Source: Azolla caroliniana
Lineage: Eukaryota > Plantae > Polypodiophyta
Reading direction: 5' to 3'
Length of the DNA: 64,000 nt
Assembly: GCA_043228905.1 (NCBI GenBank)
Contig: JBHGNT010000001.1
Span: forward strand, 18,104,001 to 18,168,000
Shown: positions 23,157 to 35,049 of the stretch, piece by piece
How positions within the stretch are numbered: position 1 is the first letter of the stretch
Layout: the number at the start of each line of letters is the position of its first letter
Notes under the pieces: model-generated
What the model saw: the letters and a program-made list of their open reading frames with translations, nothing else
Database searches by the model: none
What the model was told of the DNA's origin: nothing
Position numbers and translations under genes: made by a program

Positions 23157-24880
23157 CCGCTACCTACCATTACCCTCGGGGTCTCCGGACAGGTGTGAAG
23201 GATCCTTTTTGGGCCTCCGATTTGTTGGGTCACCGACTCATGTACCAAGCGCGTTCGATCTTGGTCTTGCCAACTCTGCTGGTTGGGTCCGTATCCAGTT
23301 CGTGGCTGCCTCGTCGGCCTCATACCTCCTTTCGCTCTGTTTCCCATCGTCCGATCACGTTCTCTTGCCACCACCGTCCTTCTCCCTAGGTCTCACGCCG
23401 GCTCTCTTCGCCGGCTGCCGGAGTGTCCAAATCGGTGTGAGTGACTTCGTGGGACCTCCCCTTTGTCGTCTTTGGTTGCCTGCCTTGCCGCCACCGCCGT
23501 TCTTCTCTCTAGGTCTCACGCCGGCTGCCGGAGTGTCTAGAACCGGTGTCTGTACGGTCGTGGCAGCATCGCTTGCCGTTTTCCTCTCACCGTAGTCCCG
23601 ACCTTCGCATCGGCGTCTGGTGTTGGTCACGTTCACCTGCCGCCACCATCCTTTCCTATTGGAGTCATGCCAGCTCTAGGGCCGACCGCCGGATCAGTGT
23701 GAGGATCTCCGTAGACCGCCCATCCGTAGTCCTTTGCCTTAGTCCCCTCGCCGCCACTATTCGTCACTCTAGGTCTCAGGCCGGCTCTCGGTCCGACCGC
23801 CGGAGTCTCTAGAAATGGTGTGAAGGATCCTCCTTGGGCTTGTTGTATATCAGACCCTTGTCCCGGGTCTTCCTTCTCCGCATGTTGAGAGGGTGGCTTG
23901 CTCCGCGCCCTCTCCCATGGTACTAATGTACCGTGTCCCCCAACCTCTCCGTAGGCCTGCCTCTTCCTCCCTTCCGGATCGGATATCCGGAAGTCCGCTC
24001 CATCCGGTTCTTGTCCAGGTTCGCCCGTCACTCCGCATTGTCGGGTCCCGTTTCCTACCGCCACCATCCCTCTAACTCGGTCTCACGTTGCCATGTCGGC
24101 TTGAACTGTCTGTGTCTCCAGATCGGTGTGAGGAACCCGTAGGACCATCCTTCGTTCTCCGCTTCGTCCCTTGTACTTCTCCAGGACTTGTCGTCGCTCT
24201 CCTTGCTGTGCTCCCGCCTCCATCTTCCATCTCTTTCAGTCTCACGTTGCCACGCCGGCTGAACTAGTGAAGTCTCTGGTCAAGATCTGGGAATACCGAT
24301 TTCGTAACGACCCCTGACAACTCGTCCGGGGCCACGGACCCTTTTAGTGGTGTCGGTGGAAAGCATCCGCTCTATGATCAACCAAGCCCTACCTGGGCTT
24401 GATTCTCCAATGTCCGGAGTTTCGGCTCCAATGCCGATCCCACCAGACTCGTTCCGTACCCTCAATCCTCTTCTTCCTGATTCCCGACCTTCGCCCGGTC
24501 AATCTTTCTCCCCATGTAAAAGAGGGCGGCCCGTCCCGCACCCTCTCTCGTACCGGCATCGTCGTGCTCCGCTTGGCCTCCGGCTCGACCACGTCCGTCT
24601 GGTCCGCGCACCGCACCCCCTTCCCATTGTGATGTCGTGTCGTCGCACACCACCTTTGTTTCGCTTCTGGGTGACCATGCTCTGAGCATCTTGGAGCTCC
24701 TCCTCTTTATGTTGGACGGTCGGGCCTTCGGTGAAACTCGTGGGACTCCGTCCCTATTGTAACGGTCCACTTCTTCGACCTCGCCCATCTCGATGCGCCA
24801 CTTCTCAACTCTCCTTCTTGAAGTCTTCGGCCTCGAACTCCATCCTCCCTTGCCTCCCTTCACGTCAAGTTCACCAAATA

Positions 24881-25965
24881 TGTCGTGAAAATCCGCGCTT
24901 CTATGTCAGATGAGGGCGGGACCACCAGGGTCATGGATCAGGAGGGGAGGAGTTGTCGGGGACCCGAATCTTCTAGAGATTGCCGCGTTGCCAGCCGGTT
25001 CGATCCCAGATACTCTCTGGACGTGACCGGTAACCGCATGGGAAGTGAGAGAGCGCGCCCTCGTCATTGCCACTCCTTTTGCCTGTATGTACAAGGAGCC
25101 GAAAAGAGGCACGGGACACGGCCCGGTTCACCGCGCCCGCACACACGCACACACATATCCACACCCGGTTACGATCGGCACCTCTACACCGGCGACCACG
25201 CATGCACCCTCTCTCGTAGCTTATGCTACCCTGAAACACACACACACATACACACGCGACACTTGCTGCAAGACTAGTTCCACACAGAGCGGTCAGGGAG
25301 CTCCCATGCTCGTTCGCGCGACAAGACCCTCGTGGAGGGCACACCTCCTCCAGAACGACCACATGCTGTGCCAAACTGCTTCACGGAGCGCATGGGCTCG
25401 TTGCACCGAGTTGGGTCTTGCGCACCAAGGAGGGAAGATAGCCACCGAACCACCTAGCGCGCGGGCTCTTCACAAGAGACAGAAGCCAACACCCACACAC
25501 ACAGATGTACTTGACCGTGGAGTACTGAGAGCCAACGAGCAGGAACTCAGGAAAAGCACAGATAGTTCGCACGCCACCTGCCATAACCGAACACACCACC
25601 TACGCACGTACACAAAAGACATCGAAACCCTAATAGAGAATAGAGAAAGACGTTATACACAAAAGTTCATTAACACTAAACGGAACCTCAAAACGAGGAA
25701 CAAAGCTGTTTGGGACACAACGGGTGGGAACCCTTGTACAAGAAGCGCGCCCTCCCTTTTATAGGACAAGGTGAGGGTCGCGTGACTATGTGGGATAAAT
25801 CCCGTGATACATGGGATCCTCAATCCCAACTTTATTGCCGCTCGGCGTCATCAAGGCGCCCCCATTTCCCTATACAAGTTTTACAAGAGTGGGTGCACAT
25901 GGCGCACCATGCCGCTTCCTCCAATATTCCCCGGTTTCTTACTATGGCCTGGAATCTTCACGATA
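24881..25965 (-). repeat. E 5' LTR
   Basis: Repeat of 15064-16180, adjacent to the Trp PBS. Its outer end plus D flank is tandemly duplicated (about 360 bp: 25921-26280 vs 26281-26620). Confidence 0.9.
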
Positions 25966-27857
25966 GCGCTCTTCCTTCCAAAAATACCCTTGTTTTTGGT
26001 TGCATCGGAAATTCTGGTTTCCTTGTCATTCTGGATAGTGTCTATCATTCCTTCTCCAGTCGTAATCCCAGGAGTAGCCCCGTTCATACCGATCTTGGTT
26101 GTAGCTTTCCCTGCGTCGTTCGTCGCGATCACGCTCATAGTCGTCGCGTCTTCTATCATTGTACCAATCCCCACGTTCTGGTCAGTATCGGTCCTCCCTT
26201 TCGAACCGTTCGTTGTCCGGTTCGTGATTGCAACGTGGTTCAATGTTCCACACCGGTGTTGCTTGTCGGTTGAGCAAGCTCCGATATTCCCTGGTTTCTC
26301 ACCGTGGCCCGGAATCTTCACGACAGCGCTCTTCCCTGCGAAAACACCCTTGTTTTTGGTTGCGTCGGATAGCGTTCTAGATAGCGTCTATCATTCCTTC
26401 TCCGGTCGTAATCCGGGGAGTAGTCCCATTCATACCGATCTCAGTTGTAGCTTTCCCTGAGTCGGTCGTCGCGATCACCCTCATAGTTGTCGTCTCTTCT
26501 ATCATTGTACCGATCCCCACGTTCTGGTCGGTATCGGTCCTCCCTTTGGAACCGTTCGTCGTCCAGTTCATGATTACTACGTGGTTCAATGTTCCACACT
26601 GATGCCGCTTGTCGGTTGAGCAGGTTGTACTCGCATTGGTCCGTTGTGTGTGTCCGTGAATGGCATATCATACATTGCGTCCTAATTGTGCAGTCCAATA
26701 TCGAATAGCCCAGGTTTAGACACGTTGTGCATTGCAACGCCTGGCGAAACCTGAGATCCTCCTTATTTGGAAGGGCCTTATGAAGGGCTCCCATCGTCAT
26801 CAGGGAGCTATGTTTATCCATTTCCAACACCCAATCAATGGCTTGATCCATTGTGTTAGCCTGGAAATCTAGTACCGTGCAAATCATTCGGAGGGGTTCC
26901 CGTAGAGCGGCCAGAAACACCGCTTTCGCCTCCTCCTCCGGAGGTGTCCTTGTCAACTAGCTGTGTAGTGTTTGAAATCGGATGATAAATTGGGGCACTG
27001 TCTCCTGCTCCTCTTGGTGGGTTGTGTAAAACCAATCGACTAGTTCACGTTGTTCCACTTGCCTATGGAATAGTCGGGGGAATTTTGTTTTCAAGTCCTC
27101 AAATGTGGCAAAGCTTCCGGGTAGGTGCTTTGCGTGCCAGCAGGCCGCCGGTCCCTCTAATGTCATGCCGAATTCGGCAATTTTTGATTGTTCCGCTTCC
27201 AGTTTGGTCAGCTTTTGGGACACATGATTCACTTCCCATGTTTGTCGGAACGCATAGACATGCGCCTCCACGTCAGGGTCATCACGGTACTTCGGATATG
27301 GGTATGGCATGGTGTAGTCTTCGGAAGGTTGTACCGGAAATGTGTGGTCTAGTTCTTGCTCTATGGGTGGTGTTGGTGCACGGTTTTCCGCTTTCTTCGC
27401 GCTTGGTGTTGGTGTGCGTTTGGTCTTGTTTGGAGATTCCCGCTCTCCGGGTACCAAGGGTAATTCCTCCCTTGTTTCTGGTGTCGATGGGTCGTCCAAT
27501 TCGTCATCCTCCGGATCGTCTGGAGTATCGTGGCTGCTTTTGTAATTCGACTGAACGCTCTATTCACTATCCGATTCCGACTCTAAGGCTGAGAATGCCT
27601 CCGAGTCTCCGTTGCCTTCGGCAAGCGTCTGCAGTCTCGATTCTGCCTCTTGCAGATTCGTCAGACTACTGCCCTCGTCAGAAAGTTGTTGTTTTTGGAA
27701 CCGAAGTGCTTCTTCCGCGACCCTCTGAAGCACTCTGGGAAAAGACATGATCCTGTCGGATTTCCTCGATCGCTTGTTGGAAGGCTTCCAGCCTTCGCTA
27801 TCTTCCGGCTAGTCTTCTTCCTCATTCGGTGACTTGGTTGTTAGTCGGTCGAGACAT
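25966..27857 (-). pseudogene. D gag (disrupted)
   Basis: YPKYRDDPD...AEFGMTLEGPA and two CCHC knuckles. Homologous to 61241-62965. Confidence 0.9.
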
Positions 27858-27908
27858 CCATCCCTCGGTGTTCTCTGCTCACTATAGGAATTGTGGTCAC
27901 CAAATTAG

Positions 27909-28304
27909 TGTTGATCCTTGGCCAGACTAGCCACAACACAAGGTGTCCTCTTCCGAAACACTTCTCCAAAGGGTGGTAAGGTTAGGATGCTTCCGTTATT
28001 AACATGCGTAAGATCTTAATATTAACCCCAGATGGCAAGTATACAAGAATTAATTAATCGATATATGTAATCTTCTATTACTTCCGTAAACATTACATCG
28101 GGTCGAATCCTTTTATAGGAATCCGGTGTCATTACAAAACGGTGCCCTATTGGCAACCAGCTACGAATCGGTTCGGATCCGGATCGGTGCAACTATCTCG
28201 GATCCGTCCCTCTGAATACTAATTCTATTTATTTCTAAATTTATATATATATATCTCTGACTCACCCTTTTCCCACTTATCCTTTGGCCCTTAACCAGCC
28301 AACA
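27909..28304 (-). repeat. D 5' LTR (about 396 bp)
   Basis: Sense TGTTGG...ATCAACA, followed by the PBS-like sequence. Copia J sequence resumes at 28305. The partner LTR is outside the window. Confidence 0.7.
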
Positions 28305-28853
28305 ACCATGAAATGGATACTCAGGAACCTCAAGGGTGTGCCTCAGGTATGGTGTCGGAAAACCTATGCTCGAAGGTTTTACCGACTCGGACATATCGAG
28401 AGATTTAGACTCAAGCCGATCAACATCAAGTTATGTGATCACCTATGCAGGGAGAGCAAAGTCGTGGCAGTCAAGACTGTAGAAGTTTGTGGCCTTGTCG
28501 ACCACAGAGGCAGAGTACATGGCAACGTAGAGGCTGGGAAAGAACTGATTTGGATTAAGAATTTCCTCAGTGAACTAGGAATGACGGAAGAGCATTTCCT
28601 ACTCCATTGTGATAATCAGACGTCATACATGTAACCAAGAATTCTTCGTACCACTCCCAGACCAAACATATACAAAGAAGGTATCACTGGTTGAAGGAGA
28701 AAGTGGATGCCCGGGAGTTTACGCTTGTGAAGATCCACACTGACGACAATGTATCCGACATGCCCACGAAGAACCTACCAATAGACAGAGTTAGAATCTG
28801 TAAAGAATCGGATATGATTCTTGTGAAGCAGAAGAGATGTGAGTTATGTGTGT

Positions 28854-31800
28854 TGTAAAAAGTAACGTGCGGAAGCAAGTATGAAGACCGAATAGAAGGA
28901 AGAAAACTCAGGTTTAATGGAGAGCTTGAGCTTACGCAGTATACGCGGGAGAGACAAAGAGAGTGAGAGAGAGAAAACACAAGAACTATATTCAACAAAA
29001 CATCTCGATTCACTGCTCTATACATATGTGTGTTCCATGAACACTTTTATACAAGTCCTCGAAGTATTGACCGAAGTACTGACCGTACTTCAATGCTCTT
29101 TAAGAGCTCCTACACTAACTCCCAAATATATTCCTCACGGAATATCTTTCCTAACGGCCTCCCAGTTTACGCACTCGGCCTAACCGATCGTTCCCAACCA
29201 ATCCGGTCCTCGGCTTCTTCAGCCGATCCGGCCGATGTTGAGCTTGTCTCTCAACACTCCCCCTCAAGGTCAACTCGAGGCTCTTCGGGATCCTCGGGCT
29301 CACAGCTCTTGGCTGCACGCCTCGTTCGCGCTCCTCGACCTGTTCGACTCCGCGCGCTTCGACCCTTCCGGTCGGCTTGTCTGCTCATGTGGCCCTTATC
29401 AGCACTTCTGTTGTTGCGGTGTTGACGCTTCTCTTGCTGCCTTTTCTTCCGCTTGGGCCTCGGTTGATTCAGCGTATCTGAATCAAACATCTGAACCGAC
29501 TCGGCTACCTCCGATCGGTTTTCGCTCTCGTCCGAGTTGGCGGTCTCCAACTCGTCTTTGGTCTTCTCGCCCTCGATGGCGTCATCTTCCCAATGCGTGG
29601 TTGGCTTCGGCTCTCTCCTTCGGTTGCTCCCCTTGTGTCCACTTCCGGACTTTTCCGCGGGTCAACTGACTCGGTGGTGTCGCGGTCTCCGCTCCTTTCC
29701 TGTTGCCTTGTTTGGTCGTTCAGGATTGTTCTCCCCCACAAGTTTGGCATGTCGAGGTGACGCAACCCTAGTGCACCTGAGAATTGCCGCAACTTGTCCA
29801 AACCAAGAGGCTTGGTGAAGATTTCGGCAGTCTTCCGATCCGTCGGAACGTACTGAAGTTCGACTTCACCGGAAAGGACACGCTCACGGACGAAATGGTA
29901 GTGCACCTCAATGTGCTTGGTCCGTGCGTGGAAAACGGGGTTTTTCGTAAGCTGGATGCTACTGAGGTTGTCGCAGTAGATCGTCGTCGGATCTGACACC
30001 TCCTCTTGCAGGTCCCTAAGTAGCCGCTTCAACCATATGGCTTCGCATGTCGCGACAGCCGCTCCTCGGTACTCAGCTTCGGTGCTCGATAGTGCAACTG
30101 TCGGCTGCTTCTTACTGCTCCACGCGATCGCGGCACTCCCGAGGGAGAATGCGTATCTAGACGTGGATCGGCGATCGGCGGCGTTGCCAGCCCAATCAGC
30201 ATAGGTGTAGCCGACTAACTGCGCGGTTGCACTGGTCCGATATAGCAGTCCCTGGTCCTTAGTGCCGTTGACATACCGAAGTATGCATTGCGCACAATGA
30301 AGGTGCTCCTCGGTAGGTCGCGCCATGAACTGACTGATCACTCCAACCGGATAACTGAGGTTGGGTCGGGTGATGGTCAAGTATATGAGGATTCCGACAC
30401 TTTGTCGGAACCTCGTCGGGTCGCATACCTTTCCCGTATCGGGACGAAGCTTTACGGTTTCGTCCAAAGGAGTCGAAACGGACTTACAGGCAGCCATCCC
30501 GAATTTGAAGAGCATATTCAGCGCGTAATGACGTTGGCTGATTAGTATGCCTTCGGGGGTGCGTATCACTTCGATCCGGAGGAAGTAATGAAGGTCCCCC
30601 AGATCGTTCATGTCGAACGATGCCGCTAGTTGGAGCTTCACGCAGTCGATTTCACCGAGGTTGGCGCCGGTGATGACCAAGTCATCAACATATAGTAAAA
30701 TACTAACCGGTCCGAGTCGACCTTTTCGGATGGACAGGGAAGAGTCGGATTTTGACATGACGAAGCCCATCCGACGCAGTTGTTGCGTGATCTTCGCGTT
30801 CCAGGCACGCGGGGCTTGCTTCAGTCCGTAAAGGGACTTCTTCAGTCGGCATACTGCCGAGGAGTTCGTTCCAGAGTGAAAACCGGGGGGTTGTACCATG
30901 TACACATGTTCCTCAAGGTCACCTTTCCGGAACGCATTCTTTACATCCATCTGATGTAAGTGCCACCCCCTTCACCGCAGCTACTGCGAGCAAAATACGG
31001 ACGGTCGTCATTTTCGCGACCGGCGCAAACGTCTCATCGTAGTCGATGCCGATGTTTCTGCGCGTAGCCCTTTGCCACTAGCCGAGACTTGTATCGGATG
31101 ACCGAGCCATCGGTGTTGTACTTGACCTTGTACACCCACCTACACCCGATCGGCTTCACACCCTTCGGTGCGTCAACCAGGTCCCAGGTCTCGTTCTCCG
31201 CCAATGCGTGCATCTCTTCCTCCATCGCGGCACGCCAAGTCACGTCTTTAGCCGCTTCTGCGTAGCTCTCCGGGTCACGCACTTCCGCGACAAGGGTCAT
31301 GTACGCATAATGATGCGCCATGTACTCGTTGTATCCGAACCGCAAAACAGGATTCTTCTGGCGGGTAGATCGGCGTAATCTCACATTAGCCGATGTCGAG
31401 GCCTTCTCGATCGACGCGGACTTCACTTTTAAAGACCCGTCACCGGTTCCCTCGGAGTCGAACTCGCGTCGGTCTAACTCGTTCCTATCCGTGCCGGAAG
31501 CCAACACCTTCTTCTTCCCTTTCTCTTTGCGTGTAAGTCATCTCCTCGGCTTCCTACACTGGGAATGCACGGCCGAGTTTCCACTACTCACCGGCTCTTC
31601 ATCGAACTGGTCATACCGACTCAGTCGTCCAATCGGTCCACTTAAACGGAGTGAAATCGGACTCTCTTCGCGGGTCTCGATTTCGAGCTCATCCGGAGGC
31701 ATCTCGGCCTCGCTGACTTCATTGTAAGAGCTCGGATTGAAGTCGGGGTTCGGAGTCCGGGGCTAGTACCAGGATGCGGACTCGACAAACACAACGTTGC

Positions 31801-34508
31801 GGCTAACACGCGCTTGTTTGGTGCGAGGGTTATAGCACTTATAACCCTTCTGCTCGTCCGAGTAACCGACCAAGATGCATTTCTCGGCCTTTGCGTCCAT
31901 CTTCCTCCTTTTCTCCTTCGGTACATGCACATACGCAATGCTACCGAACACCTTCAAGTGTCGCAAGTTCGGCTTCGTTTCGAAATATAGCTCGTGCGCC
32001 GACACTTTGTCTCCGATCCGGTTCTAGATGTATACCGCGGTCCTTACCGCCTCGGCCCAGTAGAACTTGGGCAAGCTCTTCTCGTCCAACATTGCCCGTG
32101 CCGCTTCCACAACTGACCGATTCTTCCTCTCGGCCACGCCGTTCTGCTCCGGCGTGTATCTACAACTGAATTCGCGCCGAATTCCCATTTGTTGTAGATA
32201 ACTGTTGAATTGACCAGAAAACTACTCCTTCCCGCCATCCGACCGTAGGCACTTGATCTTTCGTCCCGTTTCTGTTTCCACGAACCCTTTGAGGTCCCGG
32301 AAACAGTCGAAAACTACGCTCTTCCTCTCAATGAGGTAGATCCACATGTGCCGCGTGTGGTCGTCGATGAAGGAGACGAAATATCGGCTCCCGCCAAGAC
32401 TAACGTTTTGTGTCGGCCCCCATATATCAGAGTGTATAAGGTCGAGCTTGTTCCGGCTCCGGTTTCACTCGTTGGGGAAAGGAAGTCGGTGTTGCTTCCC
32501 GAACTGGCAGGCTTCAAAATTTTGTGCCTTTCGGCCACTAAATTTGGGCAAACCGAACACTACCTGTTTCGATTGCAGATCTTGAAGCCGCTGGTAGTTG
32601 ACGTGGCCTATCCACTTGTGCCACAAGTCGATGTCCGACTCGGATTTTTGTCCCTTCGCAAACATTGCGGTGCCGCCGTTAGTGGAGTCGAGGATGAACA
32701 TCCTCCCGTCTCTACGCCCTTGTGCAATCACACGGCCTTCTTCCTCAATGAATCACACGAGGTGTGTAAACCGAACCTCCATCACTTGGTCGACGATCTG
32801 TCCGACCGAGACCAAGTTCTTCGTGATTATCGGAACGTGCAGCACGTTCATGAGTTTTCCTTTCTGCCCGACATGGCTAAGGAGAACTTCTCCGACATTC
32901 GCGATCGGATGCGGAGTGTCGTCTCCTGTTGCGACTACTCCAGGTTGTATCGGTTTTTCAAGGTACGAGAAGCACTCCTTATGGCTCGTCATGTGGTTTG
33001 ACGCGCCGGAGTCTACGTACCACACCTCGTCCGATCTCGCGGTGGTCCGTTTCATTGACTTTGCACCGTGTCTCGTCAGGAAGGCAGAAACTTCTCCGGC
33101 TCTCCCAGAGTCTTCGGCGTAGTGTGATCGCTGCCGATTTCGCTTGTCGGTATGTCCGGAGCCGTTTCCGAAACCGGTTCTCTCCAAATTGGCGCGCTTC
33201 TTCTAGCACTCACTTTCCCAGTGGCCTTTCTTGCCACAGTACCAGCACTACGCGATGGCCTTCCCTTGCCGGTTCTCATCGCTTCGACTCCCCCTATTTC
33301 CGGAGGGTCCAGAGTTGCTGTCGGCATCACTTCGGTGCCTTCTTCCTTGATCTCGTCGGCCGCCTCCATTGCGCGCCGACTCGTCTCGTCCTCCACATCC
33401 ACGGGGCCTATCTCCCTCCGTATACAGCATTCTGTTGTCGGTGTGCGTGCTTGTAAACGCACCCGCGTGGTACTCCTCTACCAGGAGCATTGACTGTAAG
33501 TCGAAAAAGGACGGCGTATTCTCCCGGGTACACACAGTCGTTCGGAACGCTCCGAACTTCGACACCAAACTTCCGAGACAAATCTGGACCATCTGGCTCT
33601 CCTCGATGTTCACCTCTATGGAGGCGAGGGAGTCGCAGATATCCTTGATCTTCGAGGTATAATCCGCCACCGACAAGTCGCGTTGTCGTAGGTTGCTCAA
33701 CTCCTGTCGGAGCTAAAGCTTCCTGGCAGTGGTGCTCGTGACGAAAATCTTGTTCAGATTTTCCCACGCACCCTTCGGCGTCTTTGCATCCCGAACATAG
33801 CTCAATAGCTATTCGCCCACACACGACGCGAAGCAGTATAATACCCTGCTCGCCGATTGCTCCCACGACGGGAAGTCTCTGTGTGTCGATTTGGGTGCCG
33901 CGTCATTAGCTCCTTCGACGTAACTCCAGTAGCCATGCCCGAGAAGGTACTGGTGCATCTTGTAGGACCAAGACGCGTAGTTGGTTCAGTCGAGCTTCTC
34001 TGTTGGAAGCGAGCTCGCCATGCCTCAATCCATCGTTCTTCTTGTTCTTCTTCGTCAAGCTGTGTCGGTTGCAGAGAGGTTCTCAGCCCTCGCGCTCTGA
34101 TACCATGTAAAAAGTAACGTGCGGAAGCAAGTATGAAGACCGAACAGAAGGAAGAAAACTCAGGTTTAATGGAGAGCTTGAGCTTACGTAGTATACGCGG
34201 GAGAGACAAAGAGAGTGAGAGAGAGAAAACACAAGAACTATATTCAACAAAACATCTCGATTCACTGCTCTATACATATGTGTGTTCCATGAACACTTTT
34301 ATACAAGTCCTCGAAGGACTGACCGAAGTACTGACCGTACTTCAATGCTCTTTAAGAGCTTCTACACTAACTCCCAAATATATTCCTCACGGAATATCTT
34401 TCCTAACGGCCTCCCGGTTTACGCACTCAGCCTAACCGATCGGTCCCAACCGATCTGGTCCTCGGCTTCTTCAGCTGATCCGGCCGATGTTGAGCTTGTC
34501 TCTCAACA
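28854..34508 (-). mobile_element. Full-length degenerate Ty1/Copia element H inserted in the 3' LTR of I
   Basis: 403-bp LTRs at 28854-29256 and 34106-34508 (about 11 differences by eye). TSD TGTGT. iMet PBS at 34094-34105. PPT at 29257-29268. Confidence 0.95.
29505..34022 (-). pseudogene. H gag-pol (gag, PR, INT, RT, RNase H) with frameshifts and stops
   Basis: Motifs WYVDSGASNHMT, GHVNYQRL...ACQFGKQ, LYGLKQAPRAW, LLYVDDL, SSTEAEY, YCDN. Confidence 0.95.
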
Positions 34509-35049
34509 TGTGTGTATGAGAGAGAGAGAGAGAGTGAGAGAGACCAAGCAGTAAAACACAGAGAATACGCAAGGTAAAGTATATTAACAAAGGAGAAAGA
34601 CTCAACATATACAAGGTGGGAGGAGGGTGCTTTATATAGTCACCCTCTGTCTTCATTAACTACAAGACTCATGGAGCATGGGGAATGTGAAAGCTCATAA
34701 GAAATGTGTCATAGAATATGATTCTATGACTCATACTAAATGCTAGAATACAAAGAGGTGACATAATGGTGACTCTGGACCGTTGGAGTGTCTATTCACT
34801 CTCAAGGTGAGTTCACACACTAGACCAAGTTGAGCTTGATTCTCAACACGCCCCCTCAAGCTCAAGTCGGGTCGGTTTCAGACGGTATCCGAAATCCGCT
34901 TCGACTCACGTTCTGAAGTCCGCGTCGACTCACATTTATGCAGAGTTGCGGAATCCATGCTCCAGCTTGCGTTGTGTGTAGTTGCGAAGTCTGTGCTCTG
35001 GCTTGCGTCTTTCTTTGTGGCTTCGTTGCGCGGTTGCGAAATCCAGGCG

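Larger units (their letters stand above)
15064..25965 (-). mobile_element. Non-autonomous LTR element E (LARD-like) of the tRNA-Trp clade
   Basis: LTRs at 15064-16180 and 24881-25965. Trp PBS at 24859-24876 (2 mismatches). PPT and subterminal sequence shared with A at 16181-16215. No recognisable gag/pol. TSD ACGT/GCGC. Confidence 0.85.
12353..28304 (-). mobile_element. Ty3/Gypsy element D (Athila/Tat-like non-chromovirus RT), degenerate; hosts E and B
   Basis: 5' LTR at 27909-28304. PBS-like TGGTGACCAC at 27893-27902. gag at 25966-27857. PR-RT-RH at 12357-15063. Gag reads in frame across the E insertion once E is removed. Confidence 0.85.

Noticed and set aside
27893-27902. Assigning a specific tRNA to the D/L PBS (TGGTGACCAC)
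   Set aside because: It resembles an Arg-type 3' end, but I cannot match it confidently from memory.
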